Of a stretch of DNA of 32,000 nucleotides, positions 1-9,967 are shown piece by piece (position 1 is the first letter of the stretch; each line of letters starts with the position of its first letter). Position numbers and translations under genes: made by a program. Source of the stretch: an uncultured Clostridia bacterium (lineage in GTDB: Bacteria; Bacillota; Clostridia; Christensenellales; Aristaeellaceae); NCBI GenBank assembly GCA_934647235.1, contig CAKUFG010000022.1, positions 1,138 to 33,137 on the forward strand. Reading direction: 5' to 3'. Below the pieces are notes generated by a model. It was not told where the DNA came from and made no database searches. It saw only the letters and a list, made by a program, of their open reading frames with translations.

Positions 1-1165
<1,165 letters not shown>

Positions 1166-1176
1166 TTATATGTAAA

Positions 1177-1192
1177 AACAGCGGATGCTGTT
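1177..1192 (-). terminator. Short terminator-like or attenuator hairpin between grpE and dnaK (AACAGC-GGAT-GCTGTT, flanked by an A-run and a T-run)
   Basis: 6-bp stem with TTTTT on either strand (aaaaacagcggatgctgtttttt). It lies ~57 nt upstream of the dnaK ATG on the transcribed minus strand. Confidence 0.3.
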
Positions 1193-1208
1193 TTTTGCGG
1201 GGATTTGG

Positions 1209-1365
1209 GAAGCCTTCCCCTTGAGGGGAAGGTGGCGAGTGAAACGAGCCGGATGAGGTGTAGCCGCCCAAGCGGCGTTTCTTTATCGCTTTGCTAACGG
1301 CTGCTACGCAGCCTACACCTCATCAGTCAGCTTTCGCTGACAGCTTCCCCTCCAAGGGGAAGCCT
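1209..1365. repeat. Two inverted copies of the modular hairpin repeat, forming a ~157-bp imperfect dyad in the grpE-dnaK spacer
   Basis: Forward unit: GCCTTCCCC-TTGA-GGGGAAGG, GGCGAGTGAAACGAGCC, GGATGAGGTGTAGCC, GCCGC-CCAA-GCGGC. Reverse unit: GGCTGC-TAC-GCAGCC, TACACCTCATC, GTCAGC-TTTC-GCTGAC, GCTTCCCC-TCCAA-GGGGAAGC. The same modules recur at 19039-19605, 22100-23052 and 25005-25061. Confidence 0.85.
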
Positions 1366-1369
1366 TGTC

Positions 1370-1954
1370 TTACGCCTCCGCCACAACCTTTACCATGGCG
1401 TGGCGCAGCACAACGTCGCCCAGCTGATAGCCCTTTTGCAGCACCAGGCACACAGTGCCCGGCTCGCCTTCGCTGGCGTCCGCCTGCATGACGGCGTTTT
1501 CCAGGCGGGGATCAAACTTTTCGCCCGCACGGTCAATCACCGTTACGCCGCGCTTTTCCAGCGCTTCGCTCAGCTGGCGATGCACCATGCTTACGCCCTC
1601 GTGCAGGGCGGTGTCGGCGCTTTCGGCAGCCAGCGCGCGCTCCAGATTGTCCATCACGGGCAGGATCGTTTTAATAAAGGCGCGCGCGCCGTCCTCATAG
1701 GCGTCAGCCCGAACGGCGTTATTGCGGCGGCGGAAGTTTTCAAAGTCCGCCTGCACGCGCTGGGCCATGTTCAGGTATTCGTCGCTTTGCTTCTTGGCGG
1801 CTTCCAGCTGCTTTTGCAGATCGTCAATTTCGGTCTGCACAGCCGCGCCGTCCTCGCTTACGCATTCCTGCGCGTCCTGCGCGCCATCCTCGGCGGGATC
1901 GGGCGCTTTGGCTTCGCGCTCCGCCTCGGGGGCGGCTTTCTTTTCCTTGCTCAT
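1370..1954 (-). CDS. grpE: Nucleotide exchange factor GrpE
   Basis: 194-aa ORF with an acidic N-terminus, a coiled-coil region and a GrpE C-terminal core (FDPRLENAVMQ...VLQKGYQLGDVVLRHAMVKV). Sits between hrcA and dnaK in the canonical order. Confidence 0.95.
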   Translation of the reverse strand: MSKEKKAAPEAEREAKAPDPAEDGAQDAQECVSEDGAAVQTEIDDLQKQLEAAKKQSDEYLNMAQRVQADFENFRRRNNAVRADAYEDGARAFIKTILPVMDNLERALAAESADTALHEGVSMVHRQLSEALEKRGVTVIDRAGEKFDPRLENAVMQADASEGEPGTVCLVLQKGYQLGDVVLRHAMVKVVAEA

Positions 1955-1969
1955 TGTTTCCTCCTGGTG

Positions 1970-2998
1970 TTATGCTTCCAGCGCGTCCACCGACAGCATG
2001 CCGGTGAGCTCGCGGGAGACAAGGGTGAGCGTATCCATCACCCGTGCGTAGTTCATGCGCATGGGGCCGACCACGCCGATCGCGCCCATATGCCCGCGGC
2101 CTACGCGGTAAGGGGCGGTGATCACCGAGCAGTCGGACAGCTCCGGAATGCCGGTCTCGCCGCCGATGCGCACGCTGACGGGGCCTTGCGGCGGCCGCAT
2201 CAGGGTGATGAGCGCATCGCGGTTTTCCAGCGCGTCCATAAAGGCGCGCGCCCTGGAAACATCGGCGTACTCGGGATAATACAGGATGTTGTGCGCTCCG
2301 CCGACCATCACGCGGTCAGTTTCGGTTTGCTTTTCCATTTGCCCGGCCAGCTCCGCAATGCCCGAGAGCACGCGCGCGTCCGCATCGGAATGTGCGGCGA
2401 AGCCGTAGAGCATTTCGCGCATCTGGCGAAGGGAGAGGCCGCGCAGCCGTTCGGTAAGCATCTTGCTGATGGCGTACAGCCCATCGCCGTCCAGCTTTTC
2501 GCTGACGCGGATGGTGGTGTCGCGGATCACGCCCGAATCCGTCACGACGATCAGCAGCGCGCTGCCCCGCGCCACGCTGACCAGGTGCAGGCTGCTCACC
2601 CGCAGATCGCTCTGCCGGGGGGTCAGCACCAGGGCGGTGTAGTGGGTCAGGTCGCTGAGCGTCTGCGCGCACAGGGAAATGACGTCTTCCATATCGTGCA
2701 CGCGGGAGGTAAAATACCGGCGGACGCTTTCGCGCTCATCCTCGCGCAGTCCCGGGGCCAGCAGCGCATCCACATACAGGCGGTAGGCTTTATCGCTGGG
2801 TACGCGCCCGGCCGACACATGCGGCTGGATCAGGTAGCCCATCTCCTCCAGGTCGGCCATCTCATTGCGGATGGTGGCGCTGGATACGCCCAGGCCGCTG
2901 CTTTTGCTGATGGTGCGGCTGCCCACGGGGGTGTTGGTCAGGATGAAATCCTCCACGATGACTTGCAGGATGCGCTTTTTGCGATCATTGAAGTCCAT
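1970..2998 (-). CDS. hrcA: Heat-inducible transcription repressor HrcA
   Basis: 342-aa ORF. N-terminal winged helix (RKKRILQVIVEDFILTNTPVGSRTISK...SSATIRNEMADLEEMGYL) is typical of HrcA. A perfect CIRCE lies upstream. Confidence 0.95.
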   Translation of the reverse strand: MDFNDRKKRILQVIVEDFILTNTPVGSRTISKSSGLGVSSATIRNEMADLEEMGYLIQPHVSAGRVPSDKAYRLYVDALLAPGLREDERESVRRYFTSRVHDMEDVISLCAQTLSDLTHYTALVLTPRQSDLRVSSLHLVSVARGSALLIVVTDSGVIRDTTIRVSEKLDGDGLYAISKMLTERLRGLSLRQMREMLYGFAAHSDADARVLSGIAELAGQMEKQTETDRVMVGGAHNILYYPEYADVSRARAFMDALENRDALITLMRPPQGPVSVRIGGETGIPELSDCSVITAPYRVGRGHMGAIGVVGPMRMNYARVMDTLTLVSRELTGMLSVDALEA

Positions 2999-3022
2999 CG
3001 TCGATTTCCTCCTTTCCTCTTG

Positions 3023-3049
3023 TTAGCACTCGTTGTGCATGAGTGCTAA
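3023..3049. promoter_or_regulatory. CIRCE operator (HrcA binding site), perfect consensus
   Basis: TTAGCACTC-gttgtgcat-GAGTGCTAA, a perfect 9-N9-9 inverted repeat, 25 nt upstream of the hrcA ATG. Confidence 0.95.
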
Positions 3050-3059
3050 CAACGATGAT

Positions 3060-3088
3060 AGAATAGCATCTCTTTGCGCATTTGTCAA
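3060..3088 (-). promoter_or_regulatory. SigA-type promoter of the hrcA-grpE-dnaK operon
   Basis: Minus strand reads TTGACA, a 17-nt spacer, then TATTCT. CIRCE follows 10 nt downstream, the classic arrangement. Confidence 0.6.
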
Positions 3089-3188
3089 TAGTATTATGAA
3101 AAAAATTTTTCGCGCTATGCGCCGCCCTTTTCACGGGCTGGCAAGCATGCTATAATAAGAACGAAGTTTCAGCATCGGAGGGCCTGCC

Positions 3189-3881
3189 ATGGAGGCTGTT
3201 ATTCGCCCGGTCGCCTACATCCACAGCGATTTCAGCGAAAAATTCGGCATCCCGCGCCAAAGCGGTCTGGTGGACGCGCTGACAGCGCGCATCGTGTTTG
3301 AGCCGGAATTCCGCCGCCCGGAAGCCATCCGCGATATCGAAGGGTTCTCGCACCTGTGGCTGATCTGGCAGTTTTCGCAGGCGCTGACGGCGGATTTTCG
3401 TCCCACCGTGCGTCCGCCGCGCCTGGGCGGCAACCGCCGGGTAGGGGTTTTCGCCTCCCGCGCGCCCTATCGGCCCAACGGCCTGGGGCTGTCCTGCGTG
3501 CGTCTGCTGGGCGTGGAGCGCGATACGCCCGACGCGCCGGCGCTGCTGGTGGGCGGGGCCGATCTGCTGGACGGCACGCCGGTGTTTGATATCAAGCCCT
3601 ACATTCCCCTGTCGGACTGCCGGCCCGACGCGCTGCCCGGCTACACGGCGCAGACGCGCGGGCACTGCCTGCATGTGGAATGCCCGGACGATCTGCTTGC
3701 GCTGATCCCGCCGGACAAGCGGCAGGCGCTGCTGGGCGTGCTGGCCTGCGACCCGCGCCCCGGCTATGAGGACAAGCCGCAGGAAATCTACGGCCTGGCC
3801 TTCGCAGGGCTGGACGTGGGCTTTCAGGTGCAGGGCGATCTACTGCGCGTGGTGCGCGTGAATCATCAAAAAGGAGAGTAA
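3189..3881 (+). CDS. trmO: tRNA (N6-threonylcarbamoyladenosine(37)-N6)-methyltransferase TrmO (TsaA/YaeB family)
   Basis: 230-aa ORF with YaeB/UPF0066 motifs (IHSDFSEKFGIPRQSG, FASRAPYRPNGLGLS, DLLDGTPVFDIKPYIP). RBS GGAGGG lies 6 nt before the ATG. Confidence 0.8.
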   Translation: MEAVIRPVAYIHSDFSEKFGIPRQSGLVDALTARIVFEPEFRRPEAIRDIEGFSHLWLIWQFSQALTADFRPTVRPPRLGGNRRVGVFASRAPYRPNGLGLSCVRLLGVERDTPDAPALLVGGADLLDGTPVFDIKPYIPLSDCRPDALPGYTAQTRGHCLHVECPDDLLALIPPDKRQALLGVLACDPRPGYEDKPQEIYGLAFAGLDVGFQVQGDLLRVVRVNHQKGE

Positions 3882-3886
3882 TCAGC

Positions 3887-4165
3887 ATGGTACGTCACAT
3901 TGTTCTGTGGAATCTGCACGAGGAAAACAAGGAAGAAAACGCTGCGGCCATCAAGGCCGCCCTGGAAGACCTGAACGGCAAAATCCCCGGCCTGCGCTTT
4001 CTGCAGGTAGGCCGCTGCTATAACGGCTACGACTTGTGCCTGTACAGCGAGTTTGACAGCCGCGAAGCCGCCGCCGCCTACCGCGACAATCCCCTGCATA
4101 AGGCCGCGCAGAAGATCGTGCACGCCGCGATGAAAGAGCGCGTCGCCGCAGATTATGAGTGCTGA
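3887..4165 (+). CDS. Dabb family stress-responsive alpha/beta-barrel protein
   Basis: 92-aa ORF (VRHIVLWNL...LNGKIPGL...YDLCLYSEFDSREAAAAYRDNPLH) matches the Dabb pattern. RBS AAGGAG present. Starts 5 nt after the trmO stop. Confidence 0.75.
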   Translation: MVRHIVLWNLHEENKEENAAAIKAALEDLNGKIPGLRFLQVGRCYNGYDLCLYSEFDSREAAAAYRDNPLHKAAQKIVHAAMKERVAADYEC

Positions 4166-4180
4166 GCGCCGTTAGGCCAG

Positions 4181-4217
4181 AAAAAGCCGCATTGCAAAAC
4201 TGCAACGCGGCTTTTTT
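4181..4217. terminator. Bidirectional intrinsic terminator between the Dabb gene (+) and the GH31 gene (-)
   Basis: aaaaAGCCGCattgcaaaactgcaacGCGGCTttttt. GC stem flanked by an A-run and a T-run, lying between convergent stops at 4165 and 4227. Confidence 0.6.
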
Positions 4218-4226
4218 GTTTTTCGC

Positions 4227-6455
4227 TTATTTCTTCGCGCGGTGAAGCTTCGTTTGATAAGGCAGCGGGCTGTCCGTATGCACCGTTACGGCATCTCCGC
4301 AGACGATCAGCTGATAAGTCGCAGCGGTTTCACCGTTCAGGGCAGGAACAGTAACCGTATAGCTGCCGTCCTGCGGTTCATACAAATGCAGCGTCAGCCC
4401 ATCACGATAATCGTAGTCCGGGCGCTCTTCATGGCTGCCCATCGGCAGAATGGTGTTCTCCCGCACAAACAGCCCCAGAGAATGAAAATCGTACACCGCG
4501 CTTCTCCAGCCGCCGCCGCAAATGGTTTCGCCCGACAATAGGTGCGTCCATTTTCCTTCCGGCAAATAGAAGTCGGCCCTGCCGTCCTCGCGGAATACCG
4601 GCGCTACCAGCAGGCGATCACCAAGCATATACTGCGTCTCGCAGTCTTCCGCTCCGATATCTCCGGAGAACTCCATCATCATGGCGCGCAGCATCGGCAT
4701 GCCGGTATGATGTGCCTCCACTGCCAGGCCATAAAGATAGGGCATCAGGCGGCATTTAAGCTCGGTGAATTCCTTAAGCACCGCGCAGCTTTCTTCATCA
4801 AACAGCCAGGGCACGCGATAGCTGCCGGACCCATGCAGGCGGCTATGGCTGCACAGCAGCCCAAAGGCAGACCAGCGCTTATACACATCGGCCGGCGCCG
4901 TCTGTTCAAAGCCGGAAATATCATGGCTCCAGAATGCGAAGCCCGATTGCGCAAAGCTCAGCCCTGAGCGAAGCGTCTCCGCCATGCTTGCAAAGCTGGC
5001 AGAGCTGTCGCCATTCCAATGAACCGGAAAGCTCTGGCTTCCCAGCGATGCGCTGCGCGCAAACACCAGCGCTTCTCCCTTGCCGCGTTTGCGCTCCAGC
5101 AGTTCAAATACCGTCTTGTTATAGAGATATGCATAGTAATTATGCATTTCGCGCGCATTGCTTCCATCCGCATAAACAATATCCCGTACCGGAATCCGTT
5201 CGCCAAAATCAGTTTTGAAGCAGTCCACGCCCATATCCAATAGCTTTTCCAGGTATCCGGTATACCAGCGGCGAGCCTCGGGATTTGTCATATCCACAAT
5301 CGCCATGCCGGGCTGCCAAAGATCGGTCTGCCACACATCCCCATTCGTATTTTCAAGGAAGTAACGGCCATCCTTCCCCTCCATAAACAGCGGACTATCC
5401 TGCGCAATATAGGGATTGATCCAACAGCAAATGCGCAGCCCCCTGCTTTTCAGCCGCTGCAGCATGCCGCGCGGGTCCGGGAAAACCGCCGGATCCCAGT
5501 GGAAGTCGCACCATGAGCATCCGCGCATCCAGAAACAATCGAAGTGGAACACGCTCAGCGGGATTTTCCGTTCCAGCATGCCGTCTATGAATTGATTAAC
5601 GGTTTCTTCATCATAGTTCGTGGTAAAGCTGGTAGACAGCCACAGCCCGAAGCTCCATGCAGGCGGCAGCGCAGGACGCCCGGTCAGCAGGGTATATCGC
5701 TTCAGGATGTCCCTTGGGGCATCGCCGCCGATGATATCATATACCAGTTTTTCGCCAGGCAGGCTGAACTGCACCTGCATCACCTTTTCACTGGCTACCT
5801 CATAGGATACATCCCCCGCGCTTTCTACCAGTACGCCATAGCCGCGGTTGGTCATATAAAATGGGATATTCTTATACGCCATATCGCTGGCCGTTCCGCC
5901 GTCGCCGTTCCACATATCAATGGACTGCCCGTTCTTTACGCAGGCGGTAAAGCGCTCGCCCAGGCCGTATACCTTTTCCCCTACATCCAAATGCAGGGAT
6001 TCTTTTACATAGCTGTCGCGCGTTCCCTTGCGGATAATATAGGATATTCCTTTTTCACGGGTAGCGGTAAGCAAACGCCCCTTATAATAATAGGAGATGC
6101 TGAATGCCCCCAGCTTTTTATTCACCGCAGCGGTAAGATCGCCGCTTGTAAAGGAGCAGCTTTCCTCATCATCCGCAATGCTTATCCGGGCTTCCGTCTC
6201 ATGCAGCGGAAGCATGGGACTGTTTGAACGTTTTCCGCGAAAATGCTCAACGCTCACACGGATAACATCCGGGCCGGGAGAGGAAAGCGTTACCGTGAGC
6301 ATCGCATGGTTCAGGGTATCGCCGCGCCCGCGTATGGGGGAGGTGGAGCACAGCATCTGAAGGCTGTCCCCAACCTTTTGCGTGCGATAGACCTGAAGCG
6401 CTGAAAGAATTTGATACTCAGGCTTGTCCATCCAATATCCGTCGGTAAATTTCAT
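4227..6455 (-). CDS. yicI: GH31 alpha-xylosidase (YicI-like)
   Basis: 742-aa ORF. The catalytic region GVDCFKTDFGERIP...FPVHWNGDS...FWSHDISGFE closely parallels the E. coli YicI nucleophile and acid/base segments as I recall them. RBS AAGGAG present. Confidence 0.85.
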   Translation of the reverse strand: MKFTDGYWMDKPEYQILSALQVYRTQKVGDSLQMLCSTSPIRGRGDTLNHAMLTVTLSSPGPDVIRVSVEHFRGKRSNSPMLPLHETEARISIADDEESCSFTSGDLTAAVNKKLGAFSISYYYKGRLLTATREKGISYIIRKGTRDSYVKESLHLDVGEKVYGLGERFTACVKNGQSIDMWNGDGGTASDMAYKNIPFYMTNRGYGVLVESAGDVSYEVASEKVMQVQFSLPGEKLVYDIIGGDAPRDILKRYTLLTGRPALPPAWSFGLWLSTSFTTNYDEETVNQFIDGMLERKIPLSVFHFDCFWMRGCSWCDFHWDPAVFPDPRGMLQRLKSRGLRICCWINPYIAQDSPLFMEGKDGRYFLENTNGDVWQTDLWQPGMAIVDMTNPEARRWYTGYLEKLLDMGVDCFKTDFGERIPVRDIVYADGSNAREMHNYYAYLYNKTVFELLERKRGKGEALVFARSASLGSQSFPVHWNGDSSASFASMAETLRSGLSFAQSGFAFWSHDISGFEQTAPADVYKRWSAFGLLCSHSRLHGSGSYRVPWLFDEESCAVLKEFTELKCRLMPYLYGLAVEAHHTGMPMLRAMMMEFSGDIGAEDCETQYMLGDRLLVAPVFREDGRADFYLPEGKWTHLLSGETICGGGWRSAVYDFHSLGLFVRENTILPMGSHEERPDYDYRDGLTLHLYEPQDGSYTVTVPALNGETAATYQLIVCGDAVTVHTDSPLPYQTKLHRAKK

Positions 6456-6538
6456 GACATTTCTCCTTTTATTTCATTGATGGATTTACGCTGATAGCTG
6501 CGGCGCAGCAGGTCTATCGCAGCAGCCGGTATCTCGGA

Positions 6539-8134
6539 TTAGACGACCGCCCTTGTCATAGCAGGATTCAGACGAACGCGAACGACCTGGCCTCCATGGA
6601 CAAAAACCTCAAAGTTTGTCTGATCTCCATTCCGCACAAAGTCAACTATCCATTCGCCGTTTTCATCAAAATGTCCTTCCTCCACAGACAAATGATTCAG
6701 CTGCGTCGACTGCCGCGAGGTAAGCGAGACAAAGGGCTTGGGATCGTCGATATCAGGACGATGGATAAAATCAAAGCCCACGCCAGCGCCCGCAACAAAG
6801 AACTCATATTCCGAAACCTCTACCAGCAACGCGCGCCCGCGCTCGTTGGCATGGAAGCGATAAGCCGGATCATGAATATTGAACGTAGTAGAGCCCACCC
6901 GTTTGCTGCTGCCCCTGAAGAAGTTTGCCACTACATGGAACTTGTCCAGCTTCAGATATTCATAACGCGAGAATTCATCCTGAAGCAGCGCGTGAACCCG
7001 TCCCGTCCCACGATACTTGATCAGAAGCGGAGCAAGCCCTCCAATTGCTCTCATGCTGAACGCCATCGTCCGCGCCTCATCCGTCAGCTCATCGTTGGCA
7101 TTAAGCGCCATCTCTGCGCCAAACGCGCACAGGCCGATACAGCCGTAATCAGCAAAAGCCCGCAGAGCATTCATAGCGTTGGCTTCCCCGCTGGTCGCAG
7201 ACTCCGGAATATACAGCGCATTATCCGGTCTGGCGTAGCGGCCGGCAATACGGTTATATTCACGCTTGGCAGGATTATAAATATCCGGGCAAAGCAGATC
7301 CAGCTCGGGTGCGCCGGCCTTCCAGATATCCAGAACCCGCCCTACCGCAGCGCCGGCATTATAATTGAAGCCGCTTTCTTCAACGCCCTGCTCGCCTACC
7401 ATCACGTTGGTAAACATCACCAGGTTATAGATTTTTTTGCCCGCGCTGGCAATTTCGCCAATATACCGGGCATGATACCAGGCGGTGAAGGCTTCGTGCG
7501 CATGGCGGCCAAACTGCCCCTTCCAGGTATTGGAATGGTCGCACTCGCCGCAATCCTCCAGCGTGATATTTTTCAGTTCTTCCGGCAGGGGCTTTGCGTA
7601 ATCCTCACAGGCAATCTGGGAATAATCCCGATCGGTATTGGCCAATCCCATCTCATTTTCAATCTGAACGCCCAGAACCGTTCCCTCGTCGCCGTCATAT
7701 TCCTTCAGGAACTTCATCACCTCGCAAAATGCCTTTTTATCGCGCTCCAGCGTAGCCATGCAGTGCGGAGAAAGCGATGCATGCTGCGCGCCGCTGCAGC
7801 CAACCGTTATCTGATAGGTTTGCGGGTCCAGTTTGATATAATCCGGCGCATAGTTGGGATGACCATTCTTAGAAGTTGCAAACCAGAGAATGATCAGATG
7901 CAGTCCGGCGCTGCGAACCTTATCAATCAAGCCCTTCACCAGTTCAAAGTGATACTCATCCTTGCGCAGCTCAATCATGTTCCAGTAGATCGGGGCCTCC
8001 AAAACATTGCCGCCATACAGCTTCACCGCATGAATTGCCTTATCCACCAGCGCGGTACCCGTGGAGGAATTCATCGTCTGCAGTCCCAGCAGAAGCATGG
8101 GCTTTCCATTCTTATCCGTAAAAAAACGATTCAT
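6539..8134 (-). CDS. Clan GH-A glycoside hydrolase, GH35-like beta-galactosidase with a DUF5597-type C-terminal domain
   Basis: 531-aa ORF with TIM-barrel style motifs (LEAPIYWNMIE, LIILWFATSKNG, acid/base-like QIENEMG, later YIPESATSG). Family call rests on remembered sequence patterns only. Confidence 0.55.
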   Translation of the reverse strand: MNRFFTDKNGKPMLLLGLQTMNSSTGTALVDKAIHAVKLYGGNVLEAPIYWNMIELRKDEYHFELVKGLIDKVRSAGLHLIILWFATSKNGHPNYAPDYIKLDPQTYQITVGCSGAQHASLSPHCMATLERDKKAFCEVMKFLKEYDGDEGTVLGVQIENEMGLANTDRDYSQIACEDYAKPLPEELKNITLEDCGECDHSNTWKGQFGRHAHEAFTAWYHARYIGEIASAGKKIYNLVMFTNVMVGEQGVEESGFNYNAGAAVGRVLDIWKAGAPELDLLCPDIYNPAKREYNRIAGRYARPDNALYIPESATSGEANAMNALRAFADYGCIGLCAFGAEMALNANDELTDEARTMAFSMRAIGGLAPLLIKYRGTGRVHALLQDEFSRYEYLKLDKFHVVANFFRGSSKRVGSTTFNIHDPAYRFHANERGRALLVEVSEYEFFVAGAGVGFDFIHRPDIDDPKPFVSLTSRQSTQLNHLSVEEGHFDENGEWIVDFVRNGDQTNFEVFVHGGQVVRVRLNPAMTRAVV

Positions 8135-8149
8135 ATATAGCTCCTTTCT

Positions 8150-8195
8150 TAAAAAGGCGGGAGGGCCATAAATTCATACAATTTATGGCCTTCCC
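8150..8195 (-). terminator. Intrinsic terminator or attenuator after the solute-binding protein gene
   Basis: Minus strand reads GGGAAGGCCATAAATTgtatgAATTTATGGCCCTCCC followed by GCCTTTTT. Located between the SBP stop (8227) and the GH35-like start (8134). Confidence 0.5.
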
Positions 8196-8226
8196 GCAGG
8201 GGTAAGCTGTGCTTTGGCGAGAAGGA

Positions 8227-9933
8227 TTACTTAGCAGCAGTGAGTTCAGCGCGCGTGTTGATAATCTTCTGGGCTTCAGCCAGGTAATAGTCCGTCAGTT
8301 CACGGTATCCCAGGCCCTCCGCCTTTTCAACCATTTCCTTGTACAGCGCGTTGTAGTGCTCGTCATTTTCAGCGTAGGCCATCTTCCAGCTATACTGCTT
8401 AATGACATCGCCAACCTGCGTCTGGACAAGCTCCATATCCATGCTCAGCGTGCTCAGACCGGCCAGACCAGCATAGGACTCGTTGCCGGAGGCAACCAGC
8501 ACCTTGTTTTCCACCGCCCACTCATAAATGTTCAGCGCATTGTAATCTTCTCTCCACTGCTGCGTTACCTGATCCACCGGCAGGGACAGATAGGAGGACC
8601 ACATCAGATAGTTAACGGCTTCGCCCGTAGTGGCGGTAATGGAAGACGCAGCGCGAGGAGGATACTCCAGCTTGAATTTGCCGTCCTGATAGGTACCGCC
8701 GCCCCACTCGTCGGGAATAACCGTATTGGGATCCTGCACGCACTTCAGACCAAATTCCGTCAGCTCCGCTTTACCCTCGGCATTGTAATCCCAGACAAGC
8801 CCCTTCGGGCCAACGCGGGATTCCATAGCGCCTTCATCCGTGCACAGCCAGTCGATAAACTGCATAATACGCGCAGGGTCTTTGGCCTTCGCGCCAATAC
8901 CGAAGGTGCGGAAGCTGCCATACTCGCTCACGCCCCAGGAATAAGGTGCGCCGGTCTTCATGGGAACAGGCAGAATCGCCCGGCCAGCGTCCGTATTTGC
9001 AGGGGTGTTATAGCCGCCGTTGCCCGCCGCAGAAAACAGCACACGGCCCGCCGCTACCTTGGAAGACCACTCAGAATAGGTCTGCGTAATAGAATCAGGA
9101 TCCAGCAGTCCCATCTGGTTGGCCTGGTACATCCAGCGCACGCCCTGCATATAGTAGCTGTTTTCATCCAGCAGCTCCTGCACCTTATCCTCCGTGCCGT
9201 GCACCAGCACCATGCCCTGAGAATCAAAGCCATTGTAAAGTGCAAACCACTTTGCAAAGGTCTGGAAGTTACCGTCCCAATCCGGGAAATAGCTGACGCC
9301 ATATACGGTCTGCCCATCCTCGTTGAAAGGATAAAGCTCCTGCATTTTCTTCAGAACCGGAAGATAATCCCACATGTCATTGATTTCCGGAGAACCGACG
9401 GCCTTGTACAGGTCATAGCGCAGCTGCGGCACATTGCAGGATGTGGAAGCGTAGGAAAGGCCGGATACCAGCGCGTCATGCACCAGGGCCCAGACCGCGC
9501 CTTCCTTATCGCCGGCATACTGCAGCTGAGCGCGTTTGATCAGGTTCGGCATATTTTCAGAAATGAAGGGAGCGTTTTCCTTCAGAAAATCCCCCTGATT
9601 CATATCAAAGAGCAGCCCCAGATCGCGCGCATCCAGAAAGTCCTGGCTGGTCGCGCTGCCAAAGTTCAGCAGCTCGCCCAGATCATTGGTCGCCATCTTG
9701 GTAGCCAGCTTCGAGGCGCCGCCCTCCAGGTTGGTCGCAGTAATGTTCAGCGCAATGTTAAACTTGTCCTTGATCAGTTTTCCAAACCAGCCGGACTGAA
9801 TGCCCGCGAAATTGGCATTCTGCGAAAGAACGTCAATTTCATAGTAAGGAAGCTCCTCCGCCATTGCCGCCGGCAGTGCCAGGCAGCTGAGCAGCAGTAC
9901 GATCGTCAGTAGAGCGCAGGTCAGTTTTCTCAT
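8227..9933 (-). CDS. Large extracellular solute-binding protein of a carbohydrate ABC transporter (LplA/YesO-like), probable lipoprotein
   Basis: ORF trimmed to ATG MRKLTCALLTIVLLLSC (AAGGAG 8 nt upstream). Signal peptide with a Cys lipobox-like site. About 568 aa, typical of SBPs paired with YesM/YesN systems. Confidence 0.85.
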   Translation of the reverse strand: MRKLTCALLTIVLLLSCLALPAAMAEELPYYEIDVLSQNANFAGIQSGWFGKLIKDKFNIALNITATNLEGGASKLATKMATNDLGELLNFGSATSQDFLDARDLGLLFDMNQGDFLKENAPFISENMPNLIKRAQLQYAGDKEGAVWALVHDALVSGLSYASTSCNVPQLRYDLYKAVGSPEINDMWDYLPVLKKMQELYPFNEDGQTVYGVSYFPDWDGNFQTFAKWFALYNGFDSQGMVLVHGTEDKVQELLDENSYYMQGVRWMYQANQMGLLDPDSITQTYSEWSSKVAAGRVLFSAAGNGGYNTPANTDAGRAILPVPMKTGAPYSWGVSEYGSFRTFGIGAKAKDPARIMQFIDWLCTDEGAMESRVGPKGLVWDYNAEGKAELTEFGLKCVQDPNTVIPDEWGGGTYQDGKFKLEYPPRAASSITATTGEAVNYLMWSSYLSLPVDQVTQQWREDYNALNIYEWAVENKVLVASGNESYAGLAGLSTLSMDMELVQTQVGDVIKQYSWKMAYAENDEHYNALYKEMVEKAEGLGYRELTDYYLAEAQKIINTRAELTAAK

Positions 9934-9967
9934 GTGGGTCACTCCTTTTTTTATTTTCGAAAGAGCA

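Noticed and set aside
1318-1345. A hammerhead ribozyme was suggested by CTGATGAGG next to a GAAA-looped hairpin and by tandem G.A pairs.
   Set aside because: The order of elements is wrong: GAAA precedes CUGAUGA with only ~5 nt between them, leaving no room for stems I and III or a cleavage site. Most other copies read CGGATGAGG rather than CUGAUGA.
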